In this document: piece by piece, positions 24,849 to 38,169 of the stretch
Layout: each line of letters starts with the position of its first letter
Position numbering within the stretch: position 1 is the first letter of the stretch
Notes under the pieces: model-generated
Database searches by the model: none
What the model was told of the DNA's origin: nothing
The model's input: the letters and a program-made list of their open reading frames with translations, nothing else
Translations under genes and position numbers: made by a program
DNA from: Lama glama
Taxonomy: Eukaryota
Assembly: GCA_028534125.1 (NCBI GenBank)
Contig: CM052818.1
Coordinates: 21,764,001-21,828,000 of the forward strand
Reading direction: 5' to 3'
Length of the DNA stretch: 64,000 nucleotides

Positions 24849-26484
24849 TCTCTTCCATCTTATTATGAAGGATATTGTAACACCAAAACATGTAGGAAGA
24901 ATATAATCTTAGATCAAAGGATAATTCTTTAAGTAGAATTAATTGTAGCCTTACGAGAAACTACATCGTCCTTATTTTTCTAATTTTGTGAGGGACAAGT
25001 GCAGACTTTGATTCAAGTCCTGGCTTGGGGCAACCATTGATAATCTAATCCCTCCTATTTACAGGTGAGGAAACTAAGATGCAGAAAGACTGTGTGACTT
25101 GATCATTGCCCCTTGCTTTAGTGGCAAAGCTCAGTGCTCTCTGCTCTTCCTGCTGGTGGCATTACAGTTTCATGGAACTCATCTTCACTCAGCATAGTGA
25201 GATGGGAAAGTCTTGGGCCAAACAGACGTGGGTTTGAATCCCAGATCAGCAGATTCTAAGCTTCATGGTCCTGGATAATCCATTCAGCCTCTTTGGATGG
25301 ATCTCAGCTTTTTCATTTGTTACACGTACTTCATAGAGTTGTTGTGAAGATTAAGTAAAATAGATGAAACATTTAAGTTTATTTTAATTAAATTTAAATA
25401 AAGTCTGATTAAATTTTTAATTGAATTAAACAGCATATACAAACTACCTACCAGTGGTAACAGGCTCCTCTTGTAAAGGCTGGTCAGCTTCCTCCCCAGC
25501 AAAGAGCTTTGCAAAGTGAGGCCTTAGAGTCATTGATGAAAGTTGCTATTGTTAACATTATAAATATATTAATAACCACTAGTATTAAGTATCAGGACAA
25601 TGGAGTCTACTTACTGCATCTACAGAACTAAAGGGAACTTCTTTTCTCAAAAGATTCTTCACAAAACAAGAATGATGCACTTACAGGTAATTTGTCTATC
25701 CTCCATTATCCTAAGATGCAACTAGGATGTTCTCTCACTAAGTAAGGCATAAATACTAGTTGTAATAAGTATTGGTTCTAAAACTAAAACTAACAAATAT
25801 TAGTTCTCTTTGATAGTAAACACTGAAGAGAAGTAGAGGATAATAATATCTACCATCATATCCTTTTTGGTTCTATCTCCTCTATTTCCACACTTAAATG
25901 TCTATTTGTTTAATTTGAACGATAAGACCATGAGGACAAGGACTCTTAGTTCTTCCAAGTTCTGTTTAATAATAGTACCTCTACATGAATCATAATTGAT
26001 CACTGGCTAATCCTTAATTAGTAACTCCGCTTTAAACTGGGGGGGGGAATGATCTAAATATAGGAAGCACCACAAACTGTATTCAAGTTCTGGTCATCAG
26101 TGTTAGTCACGTCCTTATCTACTCCTTACCACCAAGGGTGAAAAATTGTGGAACTAAATCTTCAATAGGAGTGAATTTGATTTGCTGGCATGTTTTAACA
26201 AAAATAGTGGTCATCTTCAGCTACTTGCTAAATATTAAAAAGTATAATCTTGTAGAAGGGGAAACAAAAGTAAAACCTGCTCTCTGAATTTTACATTCGT
26301 AACTAAAGCATGCTTTATCAGGCAAAGTCATAATCAAATACATTAAATAGTTTGTAAGCTATGTTGGACAAATATCTTTGTATTTTCTAGAAGTGAGAGA
26401 GTTTTGCACACAGTTAATCACAGTCATAGAATATGCAGACCCTGATTTTCTGATATGGAACTTTCCTGATGAACACTTTATTAT

Positions 26485-26942
26485 TGCAGGGCAGGGAAAA
26501 TACCTTTTTCCTCCACCCTTTTAAGCTCTCGGTTGAGACCCCTGTAACGAAAGATAGATTAACAAGAAAAAAAAAATTGTTAAAGCTTTATGTGATATGG
26601 GACCTTCATAAGGAAATGAAAACAGGAGGAAACGATCAAGCCTGAGTGTATCCATGCTAAGTTTGCTGAAGAGTGGAAAGATAGACTAGGACAGAGGGTG
26701 TGAGGCAAGGGTAGTAAACTAGGAAAATCAGCAAAGCTAAACTTCATTCAGATTCCTGAGCCCCTTTGTCTTCAGAGATAAGGATGCTTCTTTCCTCCTG
26801 GTATAAGGAGGGTTTTATGAACTGCTTCAGAGGAAAGACAGAAGGCCCTTCGTGCACCCGTCATTTCTCAGATTCCTACAGCTTGGAGTATGCAACATGC
26901 CCAGGTGCCATGTTTTGGGGTAGCATGTCCTGAACCCTGCCG
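26485..26942 (-). mobile_element. Solo ERV1 LTR (MER34-like)
   Basis: Minus strand starts ...gggttcaggacatgctaccccaaaacatggcacc; TSD TTAT at 26481-26484 and 26943-26946. Confidence 0.7.
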
Positions 26943-27059
26943 TTATCATTATTCATTTTCTTCATAGATGTGCCTATGTTAGTTGAGTATACAAATATGC
27001 TATTCGAGTATACAAACATTTTGTCACAACAAGCAGTGGTTTTACTTTGGGGGGTCCAG

Positions 27060-27262
27060 CCAGGGTCACCAAACTCTGTCCCAGGTCAAATCCAGCCCAA
27101 CACATGTTTTTGTAAATAAAGCTTGGCTCTAACACATCTACTTTCACTTGTTTATATCTGGGGCTGCTCGCCACAGTAGAAGAGATGAGAGACAGACCAA
27201 TGTGGTCCCCAAAGCCTAAACTATTTACTCTCTGGCCTTTTACAAAGTGTGTTGACCCTTGA
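27060..27262. mobile_element. MER58A-like hAT element
   Basis: caaatccagccc...tttttgtaaataaag...aaagcctaaactatttactctctggccttt. Confidence 0.8.
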
Positions 27263-28089
27263 CCTACAGAATAAAGAGCAATAACTAAATATGTTAAGAG
27301 ATTATTATTATTATTAAAAAGTTATCACTCCAAAAGCCTCAAAGGATGCTATGCTAAGCCTATATACTTTTGTACCAGAAAGACAACAGCCTTTGCTTAA
27401 AAGGTAGAATTCCACTTTCGTAAGCTTGAGGAAACTTCAAAACGAAAGTCATAATTAAAATGGAAGCACTCTACTCCTTATAAGTAGTGAATGAAATTGT
27501 TTTTGGTTTTGGGAATGTTGCATTAGAAGGATGCCATGCAAAAGAGACATTTCTAAAAAATTACAAAACTGGCTCTTGAAGACAGAAGCTCAACTATGGG
27601 CATCTTCTATAGCTGAATTTCAAAAAAAAATTTAAATTACTCTTAGAAAAATTTAAAGTTATGGTTTATTAGTAAGTCTTCCTGACTGTCAGGAGAGGGT
27701 AGCAGATGGGATTATATACCTAAAGTGACCTTGATTGGTTTATAGCCATCAATATCATATAATTCAGTCCATTTAAAGATTACATAGCAAAACTTCCTCC
27801 TCATCCAACCCCATCATCCCAGCAACTACTCAAGAAAAGCATTAATCAATCAAATAATAAATACATTCATATAGATAACTACTAAATAAGTACATAAATA
27901 GTAAATCCCTGGTGGTACTTACCAGAGCAGCACATGTGAAAAGTAACTTTTCTTGTGAGTTTTACCTCATTTGTATCTTTTGAAATACGTTAAAATGAAA
28001 ATTATTAAATATAAAACAGATGTGAAAGAATGTTACAGCCAAGCCCAGATCTACATTAACACATTTTTATTCTTTATATTCTTTCTTCC

Positions 28090-30750
28090 TTTCAGTCAGA
28101 CTAATGAGGTATAAAACACAAACTAGGTGTATGCTTGGATGAGTCCTGACAAGTGCATGCTCACGTAGTCACCACCGCCATCGCAATACAGCACAATCCC
28201 GTCACTCCCGGAAGCCGCCTGCTGCTCCTTACTAGTCAGTCCCCTCCCCCCACACCTGGCAACAGCCCATCTGCTGTCACTAAATCCTGCCTTTTCTCCG
28301 ATTTCAGATAAATCAAATCATTGAGTATGAAGTCTTTGGGGTCCGTCTTCTTTCACTTAGCATGTTTCTGTAATTTACCCATGTGGTTGCATGAATTAGT
28401 AGTTCGCCCTTTTCATTGCTACTTCGTATTCGTTAAATGGATGTGGTTTATCCTCTCACCAGCTGGTGAACTTTTGAGGTGTTTTCAATTTGGGGCTATT
28501 ATTAAAAAAGCTTTTATAAACATTCATGTAGATTTTTGTGTAGACGTATGTTTCCATTTCTCTTGGGTGAAATACCGAGTGGAATTGCTAGGCCATAAGA
28601 CTAGTGTAATGTTTCAGTTTGTAAGACATTGCCAAACTGTTTTCTAACATGGTTGGACTTCTACCTCCCCGTGAGCGATGTGTGAGAGCTCCGTTTGCTC
28701 CGCACTCTCACTGACTGTCTGCAACGCCAGTCTTCATAACTCTGGTCCTTCCAGTGAGTTGTGGTGATAGTACAATTTGCGCTTCCTTAATGATTAATAC
28801 CTTGGAACATTGGTGTATTTGCCATTTGTGTGTTTTCTTTGGTGAAATGCTCAGTTTTTCAATATTATACCTATTTAAAAAATTTATCTGTTATAAACAC
28901 TAGTCCTTAATAAGATACGTCTTGCCTAAGGCTTGCCTTTCCATTTTCTTAACAGTGTCTTTCTCTCTCTAGTAGAGTAGAAGTTATTCTTACCTGAGCT
29001 TTGCCTAACCGAGATTCCTCCAATGTCTTCATCTCGAAATTTTAGTCTTAGCTCTTACAGTTAAGTCTGTGATTTGTTCCAAATTAGTTTTTGTGTGACA
29101 TGAGATAGGGGATAAAGGTTAATTTTTTTTTAATATAGCTATGTGTTTGTTCCAGAACCATTTGTTGAAGAAACTTTCCTTTCTCCTATCGAATTACTGT
29201 GTCAGCTTTGTAAAAAATCAACTGACCATATAAGTGTTACATAGTCTATTTCTGGAATCTCTACTGTGTTCCTCTGATATGTGTGTGTATGCATATGTAT
29301 ATATATAGCCTGACGTCAAAAACATGTTATCTAAATTACCGTACCTTTACAGTAATTCTTGCAACCAGGTAATACACATCCCTTAATTTAATCCTACTTT
29401 ATCAGTTGTTTTGACTATTCAAGGTCCAATTGTATTTATAAATTTTACAATCAGTTCGTCAAATTCTATCCAAAAAATTGGCTGCTAAGCATTGTGATTA
29501 GGGTTTCATTTAATCTTTAAATCAATTTGGGGATAACTGACATCTTAACCATATTAAATCTTTCATTCAAGAACATCGTATCTCCATTTTTTAGGTCTTC
29601 TTCAGTTTCTCTCAAAATGGTTTGTAGTTTCCCACGTTCAGGTCTTGGACATACTTCATCAAATTTAGCTCCAATTGTTTCAAGGTTTTTGATGCTATTG
29701 TAAATGTTATTGATTTTTTTTCATTTCAATTTCCAATTGTTTCTAGTATATATAAATATAAATATTTTGGTACATTGAAGTTGTATCCTGTGACCTTGCT
29801 AATTAGAGTTGTAGTATATTATAGTTCCTTTTCACTTTCTATTTACACAATCAAATCATCTGCAAAGAAACAGTTTTGTGTCTTACCAATTTGGATGTTT
29901 TTTATTTTTTGTCTTGTTGCATTGGCTAAAACCTCCAGTCAACATTGAATACAAGTGTATTTTTCGGTTTATTAGAGGGAAAGTATTCAGTCTTCTACCA
30001 TTAAGTATGGTATTAGGATGAGGTATTACATAGTCACCTTTTAACAGGTTGAGCAAGTTCCCTTTTATTTGTAGGTTGCAGAGAATTTCTACCATGAATG
30101 GGTCTTGAATTTTGCCTTTTTTTTTTTCTGAATGTGATGAGATGATATGGTTTTTCTTCTTTACTCCAGTGTGGAATTACACTGATTTATTTTCAAATAT
30201 TTCCTCTCAGGTGTCAATTTCATTGGCAGAAAATACTTCATAATATTCCTTTCATTAAAAAAAATGTCTATAGGATCTGTGCTATCTCCCCTTTCATTTC
30301 TGATACTGATAATGTCTTTCTTTTCTGATCAGTCTGGTTAGAAGTTTATCAACTTTACTGATATTTTCAAAGAGCCAACTTCTGATTTGATTTTTCTTTG
30401 TTTTCTAGTTCACTGATTTCTTTTATTCTTGTTTCCTTCTTTCCCTGCACTTGCAGTTTCTTAAATTTGAAAATTGAGAACTTACATTCTTCCTAATGTA
30501 CGTTTAAAGCTATAAATTTCCCTCTAAATACTGCCTTAGCTTTGGTCCACAAATCTTGATATGCTGGGATTTTCATTTTTATTCTAGTCAAGATATTTTC
30601 TAATTTCTCTTGTAGTTTATTTTTTGACACATGGATTATTTAAGTATGTTGTTCTTATCTTTCTGTTACTGATGTCTACGCTAATTCCACTGTGGTCAGA
30701 GAATATGCCTTGTATGATTTCAATGCCCCTTACATTTAGTGAGACTTTTA
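28090..30750 (-). mobile_element. Old L1 (ORF2 and 3' end), antisense
   Basis: ttccagaaccatttgttgaaga, aatcaatttggggataactgacatctt, ttaagtatggtattagg and similar hallmarks. Confidence 0.8.
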
Positions 30751-32329
30751 AGAAGCAGGGGTGTCTTTTCCTTGCCTACTTTCCCCTTCTGCTAATTGGA
30801 TACAGATAACGAAGTGATGATAAAGCCACAAACAGAAAAAGCTTCATACCTGAATCACCAATGAAAGACAGAAGCACAACTTACCTGGAACACCCACCTC
30901 GGTCTATATACATGAGCAAGAAATAAACTTCTATTGTTTGAACTGTTACAGGTTTAGTTCTGCGTGTTGTAACAGTTCAGCTTACCCTGATTAAAATGCT
31001 GCCCATCTTTTTAAGGTTCTCCTCTGCCTCCCACCTCCCTGAAAGTGAATTTTTCACAAAACACATAGTCTACATTTTAGTTCATACAACCTAAAGCATA
31101 CCTGCCACAACTATTCAACTATTTTCATGTGTTCCATTAACAGACAAAATCTTCATATGAATAAAATATATATGAAGTTTACTGTATCAGCCAAGGTTCT
31201 TTCTTAAAAATATTTTTATTGAAATACAGCATGTATACAGAAATGTGTGCCAAGAAATGTACTACCTATATATACATGATATATAATTCATCTATCTGCA
31301 GAAAATTATGAAGCTGTCTACATCTGGGGTATTTTCTTCCTTTCCATTCTTTCTTTCTTACGTGCTATTTTTGGAGCCTTGGCAATCAAGAAAGTCAAGA
31401 AAACAAGAGATAAAAGGGCACCCAAAGTGTGTCACAGAGAGGCTTTTTCCAACTCAAGGCTAGAAACACAAAGCCGGTCCTGTACAATCGCCTACATGCT
31501 GCTCAGTTCCTCCGCCACACTACTGCAGTGCACCTCTTCCTCACTTTTAAGGGGAAGAAGATGTAATACAGGTAGGGAAGGATGTAAAGAGAGAAGCTAC
31601 ACTTACTCCTTCTGCAGAACAAGTGCTACACTCCAGGGCCACTGCTAGCCCATGTGGTATCTTCGGTAAAAAGCCAAAAAGCAAAAAAACCCCAAAACTC
31701 TCCAGAAAGATTCCTTTTTCCAGTCACTTTACTTCCACCTGACAGATACTTGTTGCAGATACAACTATACTATTAGTAAGACCACCTTCCTGCCACTTGC
31801 TAGAAAGTTGTACAGTTAAGTCCCCCGTGTCTGTGACGTGAGAAGCACCCTTTGGATGTGGCACTGCTCTGTTCTGTCCAGTCTACGTGCTGCACTTCGC
31901 CTCAGGCTGTGGAACAAGTTGTAGTTTTGATTTTTTTGCTTAAATGCATTGGGGCTATTTAAAAAAAATTTTTTTTTAATTGAAGAATCACATACATACA
32001 GAATAAAAAGGGAGATGTACCTAAAAAGAATAAACCACCACCACAAAACGAAAAGAAGAAACTACCAGTTTACAAAGAAATGTAACAAGTTCAGAATCTC
32101 AAAAACACATAAATGATGCAAGAAACATCATAAGCACAAATAAACACCTAGATGTGCAAGGACCTAAGGGAACAGGGTCACACTGAATCCTCTAAAAAAG
32201 TTGACTTATACACAAGTGATAGGGCCAGTAAGAACTTTATCTCCTATTTTACGGTAATGGAAAACAAGAAAATGATACTGAAAATCTAAGACTACTTCTG
32301 GCCGACTGTAGTTATAACGAAGTGTGGAG

Positions 32330-33260
32330 AGGCCACATCAGAAAGGATGTCATCCCAGTGTTTGGAACACATGAAAGATGGCAACAAATTGATACTGATC
32401 CCAGGAAAGGCCCTAGTAGATCCTTATTATAATGATGTTTTTAAACCTTTTGGAAAGAGAACGTTGTTCACTATGTATCAGCAGGTTTGACTTAATTTCA
32501 AGAACTTCTGGGGACAGTTACTTGATTAACACTTGGAAAACGCAGGACTTCAGCAAGGAATGTAAGATCCCATGACATCCTGATAGACAAACGTGGAGAG
32601 AAATGGGCTGACAGATGCATCAGTAAAATGCTGAATTCTTACCTAACAGGTGTTGACTGATAGACTGGCCAACTTGTATCATACCAAAGAGAAGTTTCAC
32701 AGGCTGCTGCCTTCAAACTTGTTTCATTCAATAGTGAATGTTTACATATCAAATTTTGGAGTGACCGAAAAGAATAACATAGCATATGTATTTCAGACGA
32801 ATCCAAAGACATTTCAAAAGGTTAATAAATTTAACACAAGAAAATTTACAATAAATAAAGGTCCTGCAAAGCAGGTTAAATAAAACACTAACTGCACAAG
32901 TGCAGGAGAAAGACTACTTAACAGCAGTAAAGATAATTAATCTCAACTTAATCAGTATCTCACTGGTAAGTATAACTCAAGACAAGTAATCTCAGTTCAC
33001 CAGTATCATGTGGGTGTCAGAAGAGCTGGCTCAACATTTGGGTGTTAAATAGAAAAACAAGAGTATTAACAAGAACAAAGGACAACAGTTCTGCTACCTA
33101 TAAATGATCAGTTCTGGATTATATAGCTTAAGGAAGATAGAGAAAAAACAAAGCCTTTGGAGTTTGGATGGTAAAGACAATGGAAGCCAGGATATATGAG
33201 GGAAATAACTAGGGAAGAAAAGAGAAGTTGCTGGGAGTCACCGTATCACCGGTGCTTAAA
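32330..33260 (+). mobile_element. CR1/L3 LINE remnant
   Basis: gacttcagcaagg...cccatgacatcctgatagacaa...gagaaatgggctg resembles the CR1 RT region. Confidence 0.55.
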
Positions 33261-33594
33261 TGTTTGGCCCCAAAGGGTTAATAAGACAAGTGACGGGAAG
33301 ATACAGAGAATGAACCAGGACAGGCAGAGCTGCCCCCAAATAGAAGTCGATCTTGTCCCTGGTGAATCGGATCAGAGCTGCTAAAGAACCATCTGGCACT
33401 TGGGGATTTTCCTACTTTGAGATTTCATAAATACATATTTAAAGATCTATCCAGCTATAAAATTTATTACTCTCTCTTTGAAGAACACACAAATGACAAT
33501 TCTTCAGAACTACTATGTTAAAGATTTTGAGGATGTAAATCTACAGATCATTCAGTTTGCTTTATTGGTCACTCTATCTCTCAAGTTGGCATTT

Positions 33595-33600
<6 letters not shown>

Positions 33601-33654
<54 letters not shown>
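33601..33654. repeat. (GT)27 microsatellite
   Basis: Directly visible. Confidence 0.97.
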
Positions 33655-33655
<1 letters not shown>

Positions 33656-33829
33656 TTTCTGATGTGCAGTTTCTCCTAGTGTTAAAGCAGTTGGCATTGA
33701 CGTGTAAACTTTTGATGCTAAAAGACAACTGACTAGTGCAGTGCATACAATGTTACACTGTAATAAGGAAACTACTGTCTTAACTGCCAGATTCACGTGT
33801 CCCATCCTGAAAAGCCAAAAGCCCTAAAA

Positions 33830-33831
<2 letters not shown>

Positions 33832-33860
<29 letters not shown>
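33832..33860. repeat. (AC)14 microsatellite
   Basis: Directly visible. Confidence 0.97.
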
Positions 33861-33862
<2 letters not shown>

Positions 33863-35137
33863 ATCATGGGTTATTAGAATTCCTTCCTTTTCAAAGATAA
33901 TTTTACATAGCCAATCTTCCAGGTGTATTTAATTTATGGCTTTCTTTATATAATTTAGGCTACCCATTAACTATATGGAAATGTGTGACATAAACCTAAT
34001 TCTAACCAATTTTGATTCTGCCTTATTAAAGGTATGTCTTAGCACGCTACGTGAAAGCTCTAGGCATAACTACTGCATAGCTGAGATTCCCTTAAGTCCG
34101 TTTCAACATTCATTCTCAGCAATTACACAAAACATGAATCCATGCAATACACAAAAGAAACTAGCTATTCCACATAACTACATCCTAGAATTATCAGGGA
34201 TTGAAAAGGGAAACTTTCCCATGATCTTCCCTAAAAGAAGTTACCTAGTGTCTGTAAAATTTTCTATGTTACCTCCTAGAATATTTAATTTTCTTTGGAA
34301 AAGCAAGTCAACCTTGGCACACCTTTGTGCTCAAGGACCAAATGTGTTCCCTTTGTTCTTCCTATACTTTCTCACACCTTTCAATCTCAGAGTGGAAATA
34401 AAATCTCTCAGAAAGGGAATGGACATAATTACTGCCAATTCACAGTCACTTACCACTCCCTGATCATATAAATTAGCAAATGGAATTGCAATAAAAGGTA
34501 CAAAAGGGGAGCTTACCTAGGTGGTGTATGGTTGTCCAAAAGTACTCTCTTTTGGCAACTGGGAAAAGTATCCATGAGAAAACACCTGAGCTGATTCCTT
34601 TTCTGATGAAGAAATTCATTACCTTCTATATTCCTAAACATAGGGCTCTGAAGTCATCAAGGTGAAGCTAAAAACTATCTAATTTAAGGGAGTTATTAAG
34701 ATTTGCATTCATGTAAAACAAGCCAGTAACAAACCTATCTCCCTTTCTATTAACTATAAACACTGTACTTCATATTTCAGAAGAGATCTGGGCATCATAA
34801 AAGCCACAGTCACAAGCTACTCTTACACAAACATTTAGAAACCCAGTAACTTGTGATTTAAATAATGCCTTTAGGAGAAGGGAAACAACAGTGACAGATT
34901 AAAGCCTGCCTTTAACCATGAAAGTCCCTGGAATAAAAGCAGAAGTGCTGCCAAGAAGCCACAGGTATTTTTCACATGGACAGAGGAAAACAGGATTTTG
35001 AAGAGTGCAGTGACAGTTCTCTGCCTCCACTAATGGCCTATAAGGTTAAAGGTTAATAGCAGTATAAATCCTACAATTACATAATGTGGGGTTCGTTTTT
35101 ATTTCAGATTTACAAAAAACCTTTTTGTTCTTGTACT

Positions 35138-35227
35138 TTAATGGCCTTGTAAGGTCTGCCAGCCACTGCCTTTCTTGTCACCAGAGCGCTCAGCAGGTTT
35201 ACAAGTGGACGTGCCCAAGACTGCCAT
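35138..35227 (-). CDS. PPM1B: Candidate distal PPM1B terminal exon (mouse beta-4-like)
   Basis: tttctatcatttccaccag|ATG GCA GTC...; MAVLGTSTCKPAERSGDKKGSGWQTLQGH* in phase 0. Resembles the mouse tail MADLSTSICKPS as recalled; AATAAA on minus strand at 35098-35103. Confidence 0.65.
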   Translation of the reverse strand: MAVLGTSTCKPAERSGDKKGSGWQTLQGH

Positions 35228-35235
35228 CTGGTGGA
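35221..35235 (-). promoter_or_regulatory. CTCF-like motif
   Basis: TCCACCAGATGGCAG matches the CCASYAGRKGGCR core. Confidence 0.65.
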
Positions 35236-36216
35236 AATGATAGAAATTGAAATGATTTTTGTAAGTGATTAAGTCCGTTGTCTACTAAAAAGGTATGAAT
35301 TCAAAATATATTGGAACAAAACTAGTTACTTCACAACACAGTAAGAAATATAAAATAAGGATTTAACTTAAGAAATGCATAGAATATATGGAGAAAAAGA
35401 TAAAACTTTACTGGGGGTATTACAAAAAATAAACACTTGCATAAATAGAAAGATGTAGCATTTTCCTGGAATGGAACTTATCTTTGCTAAAGATACCAAT
35501 GACTTCCAAATTAATGTACATATACAACAAAACAAAATCAACAGGACTTTTATCTGGCAGGGAAATCTTGGCCAAATTATTCAAAAGTTAATCTGGAAGA
35601 ATAAACATTCAATTTTTGTTTAAGTAAGTTATTAAGGGAGCACTCTCCTTACCAGATAATAAAATATATAATAAAACTATGATAATAAAGATGAAATACA
35701 GATACATAGTATAAAGTAATGAAACAGAATGCCCATAAAATACAAACATATACAAGAATATGCAGTAAAAGGGCATTTTCAAATAAATTTTAAGACTGGC
35801 TTATGTGTTAGCTACTGTGAGAGAATAGTGGGAAATATTACATGATTTTTGCCTTGTAGTAATATCCCAAATAAGTTCCATTTGTATTATATATTTATAA
35901 TAAAAAGGCCAAAAGTCATAAAATATATGTAAATACTTACTCAGAATGTGAAAAGACCGTCTAAGTATACAATTGAAGGTTCAAACTGTTAAAGAAAATG
36001 ATAAAATTCTAAAACTATTGAATGCATAAAACCAAAAGACACTTCCTAAAACTCATCAAATTGAACACCTAAGATCTTTGCAAGTTTACTTCACATAAAT
36101 TTAACTTTCTAAAAAGGTAAAACAAAAAATAAACTCCACTATACTTGACTTAAAACAGTATATGGAGAATAAAAGGGAGTATTTTTGACCTAATACTCTT
36201 CAGATCAGAGCATCAT

Positions 36217-36232
36217 AGCTCCCTCTAGTGCC
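36217..36232 (-). promoter_or_regulatory. CTCF-like motif
   Basis: GGCACTAGAGGGAGCT. Confidence 0.5.
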
Positions 36233-37694
36233 TCTACTATCAGTGATTAGAAAGCCTTTACTCTGCCTATAGGAAAAGCCGGCACAGAAACAAAGTTACT
36301 GTGTAAGAAAAAACACAGAAATAGAGTAGCATGATATAAGATTGGGGGGAGGGGAGGCACGGGGGGAGAACCTACACCATTGAGCTTGTAGCTCTTTGGG
36401 AATTAGGACGTTTCAGTTATTGTTAAATGTGTTTTGTTTAGTCCCATTCATTCTTTGACATTCTTATTTAAACAAAGAGCATTAAAAGGCAACTGGTGAA
36501 CTCAGGAAAATAATTTGTAACATGTAACAGAATAATGGCTAATTTCCTAAATATATAAAGAGCTCTCACAAATCAGTAAGAAAAATGACCAATGTGGTAA
36601 CAGAAAATAAGCAACATATATGAACAGGCTTTAATAAAAGACATTTAATTAGCAAAAAAAGAGAAAAAAAAAGAGAAAGTTCAATCTCATTAGTAACCAA
36701 ATAACTGAGAATCAAGAAAATACCGTAAATTACAATATTTTACCCACCAGATTGGCAACGTGCAATACTGCCAAAAGAGCAGAAGATATGAGTATTTTTA
36801 TATACTACTGGGATTATAAATTGGTACCATTCCTGGAAGGCAAGCCAGGACCACTGAATTCACTTAGTTTCTGCATTTTATATTTAATTCAAAAGTTTAT
36901 TAAAAATCCAAACATACAGAAAATTAGAAAATATAGGACAATCTTACCTACTACTCAGATTTAACAGACGTTAATATTTTTATAATTTTACTTTTGAAGG
37001 AATATTAAAAAAAACTCTTTCCAATGCTTCTGAAGAACTACTGTCCTAAATTAATGTGTCATTTTCCCATGCATGTTTTATACATACTAGGTGCCTATAA
37101 ATTATACACATCATAGTCCATCAACTCTAAGTTTCCATTATTTTATGTACCATTCCTTTATGTATGATTAAGAAATGTGCTATGAAATAATGCCTTAATA
37201 ATATTTAGGATTATTTTATACTTATTGTGATAGGTTTTTCAGACTTTAACAAAACCCAACTATGGAATCAAAATATGAACAGCTATGACCAAGTTGGTGC
37301 AATTGTAAGATGTCATGATCTAAGATGCTTCTCAATTTCAAAGATATTAAAATATGAAAAAAATTCATTTTGAAATAAACTTTGGAGATTTAAGCTTTTA
37401 CATAAATGACATTCTTTTGGAACTTGCTGTTTCCCTCAGCATTATGTTTTCAGAGTATTAAAAGATGGCTCACTGCCCAAGGAAGCAAAGCCAGTAGCAA
37501 CGAGCTGCTGCAGGAGCACCAGATTCTCTTCTTAGCCCAGTCTTTCCTCCATTCCTCTAAGTGTTCCAGAAAAAACTGATTTATGCTAAAGGGAACTAAT
37601 AGGGAAGAGTTATTCCTCAATGGAAACATCTGCCTTCAATCAGGAAAAGAGTCTAGAGACAGTCACTTCCAAGGCCCAGGAATTAACATACTTA

Positions 37695-37920
37695 TCAGTT
37701 GGGACCAGGGTGATACAAGTGAGGCACTCACCTTGGAGACAAAATTTAAGGGGTGCCAAAAAAGTTCAGTGATCAAGAGAAATATTTTAATGCAACATTT
37801 AAAAGAATCAAAGTGAACACAACAACCATGATGCACAAAATACCAAAAAATTTCAAAAGACAATTATTGTTGCTTAATTTTCCTATTGCCTTAAGCGCAA
37901 CATAGCATTGCAGGGCACTC
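37695..37920. mobile_element. hAT-Tip100 (MER91-like) element
   Basis: agggtgatacaagtgaggcactcacc...caaaatttaaggggtgcc. Confidence 0.55.
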
Positions 37921-38169
37921 TTACTCGTCCAACCTTACAGGGGAAGAAAGGGGATCACAGTGATGGGTGTGATACTACACTACAGTTTAAAATGTCAATG
38001 TGAAATGGGAACAAAGTGATTTTCATAGGTAGCGTGAATAATTTTCAATATTAGGTCCTCAAATAGATGCAGGCTATTAAGAATTACAGAACGTAGATTA
38101 TTAATTGTATTTTTATTAAAATGAACTAGACACGTAAGATGAAGACAATGCCTGCCTGCCAGGTATCAG

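Noticed and set aside
33975..34463. 162-aa plus-strand ORF
   Set aside because: No recognisable homology, domain or splice context; likely chance in AT-rich DNA.
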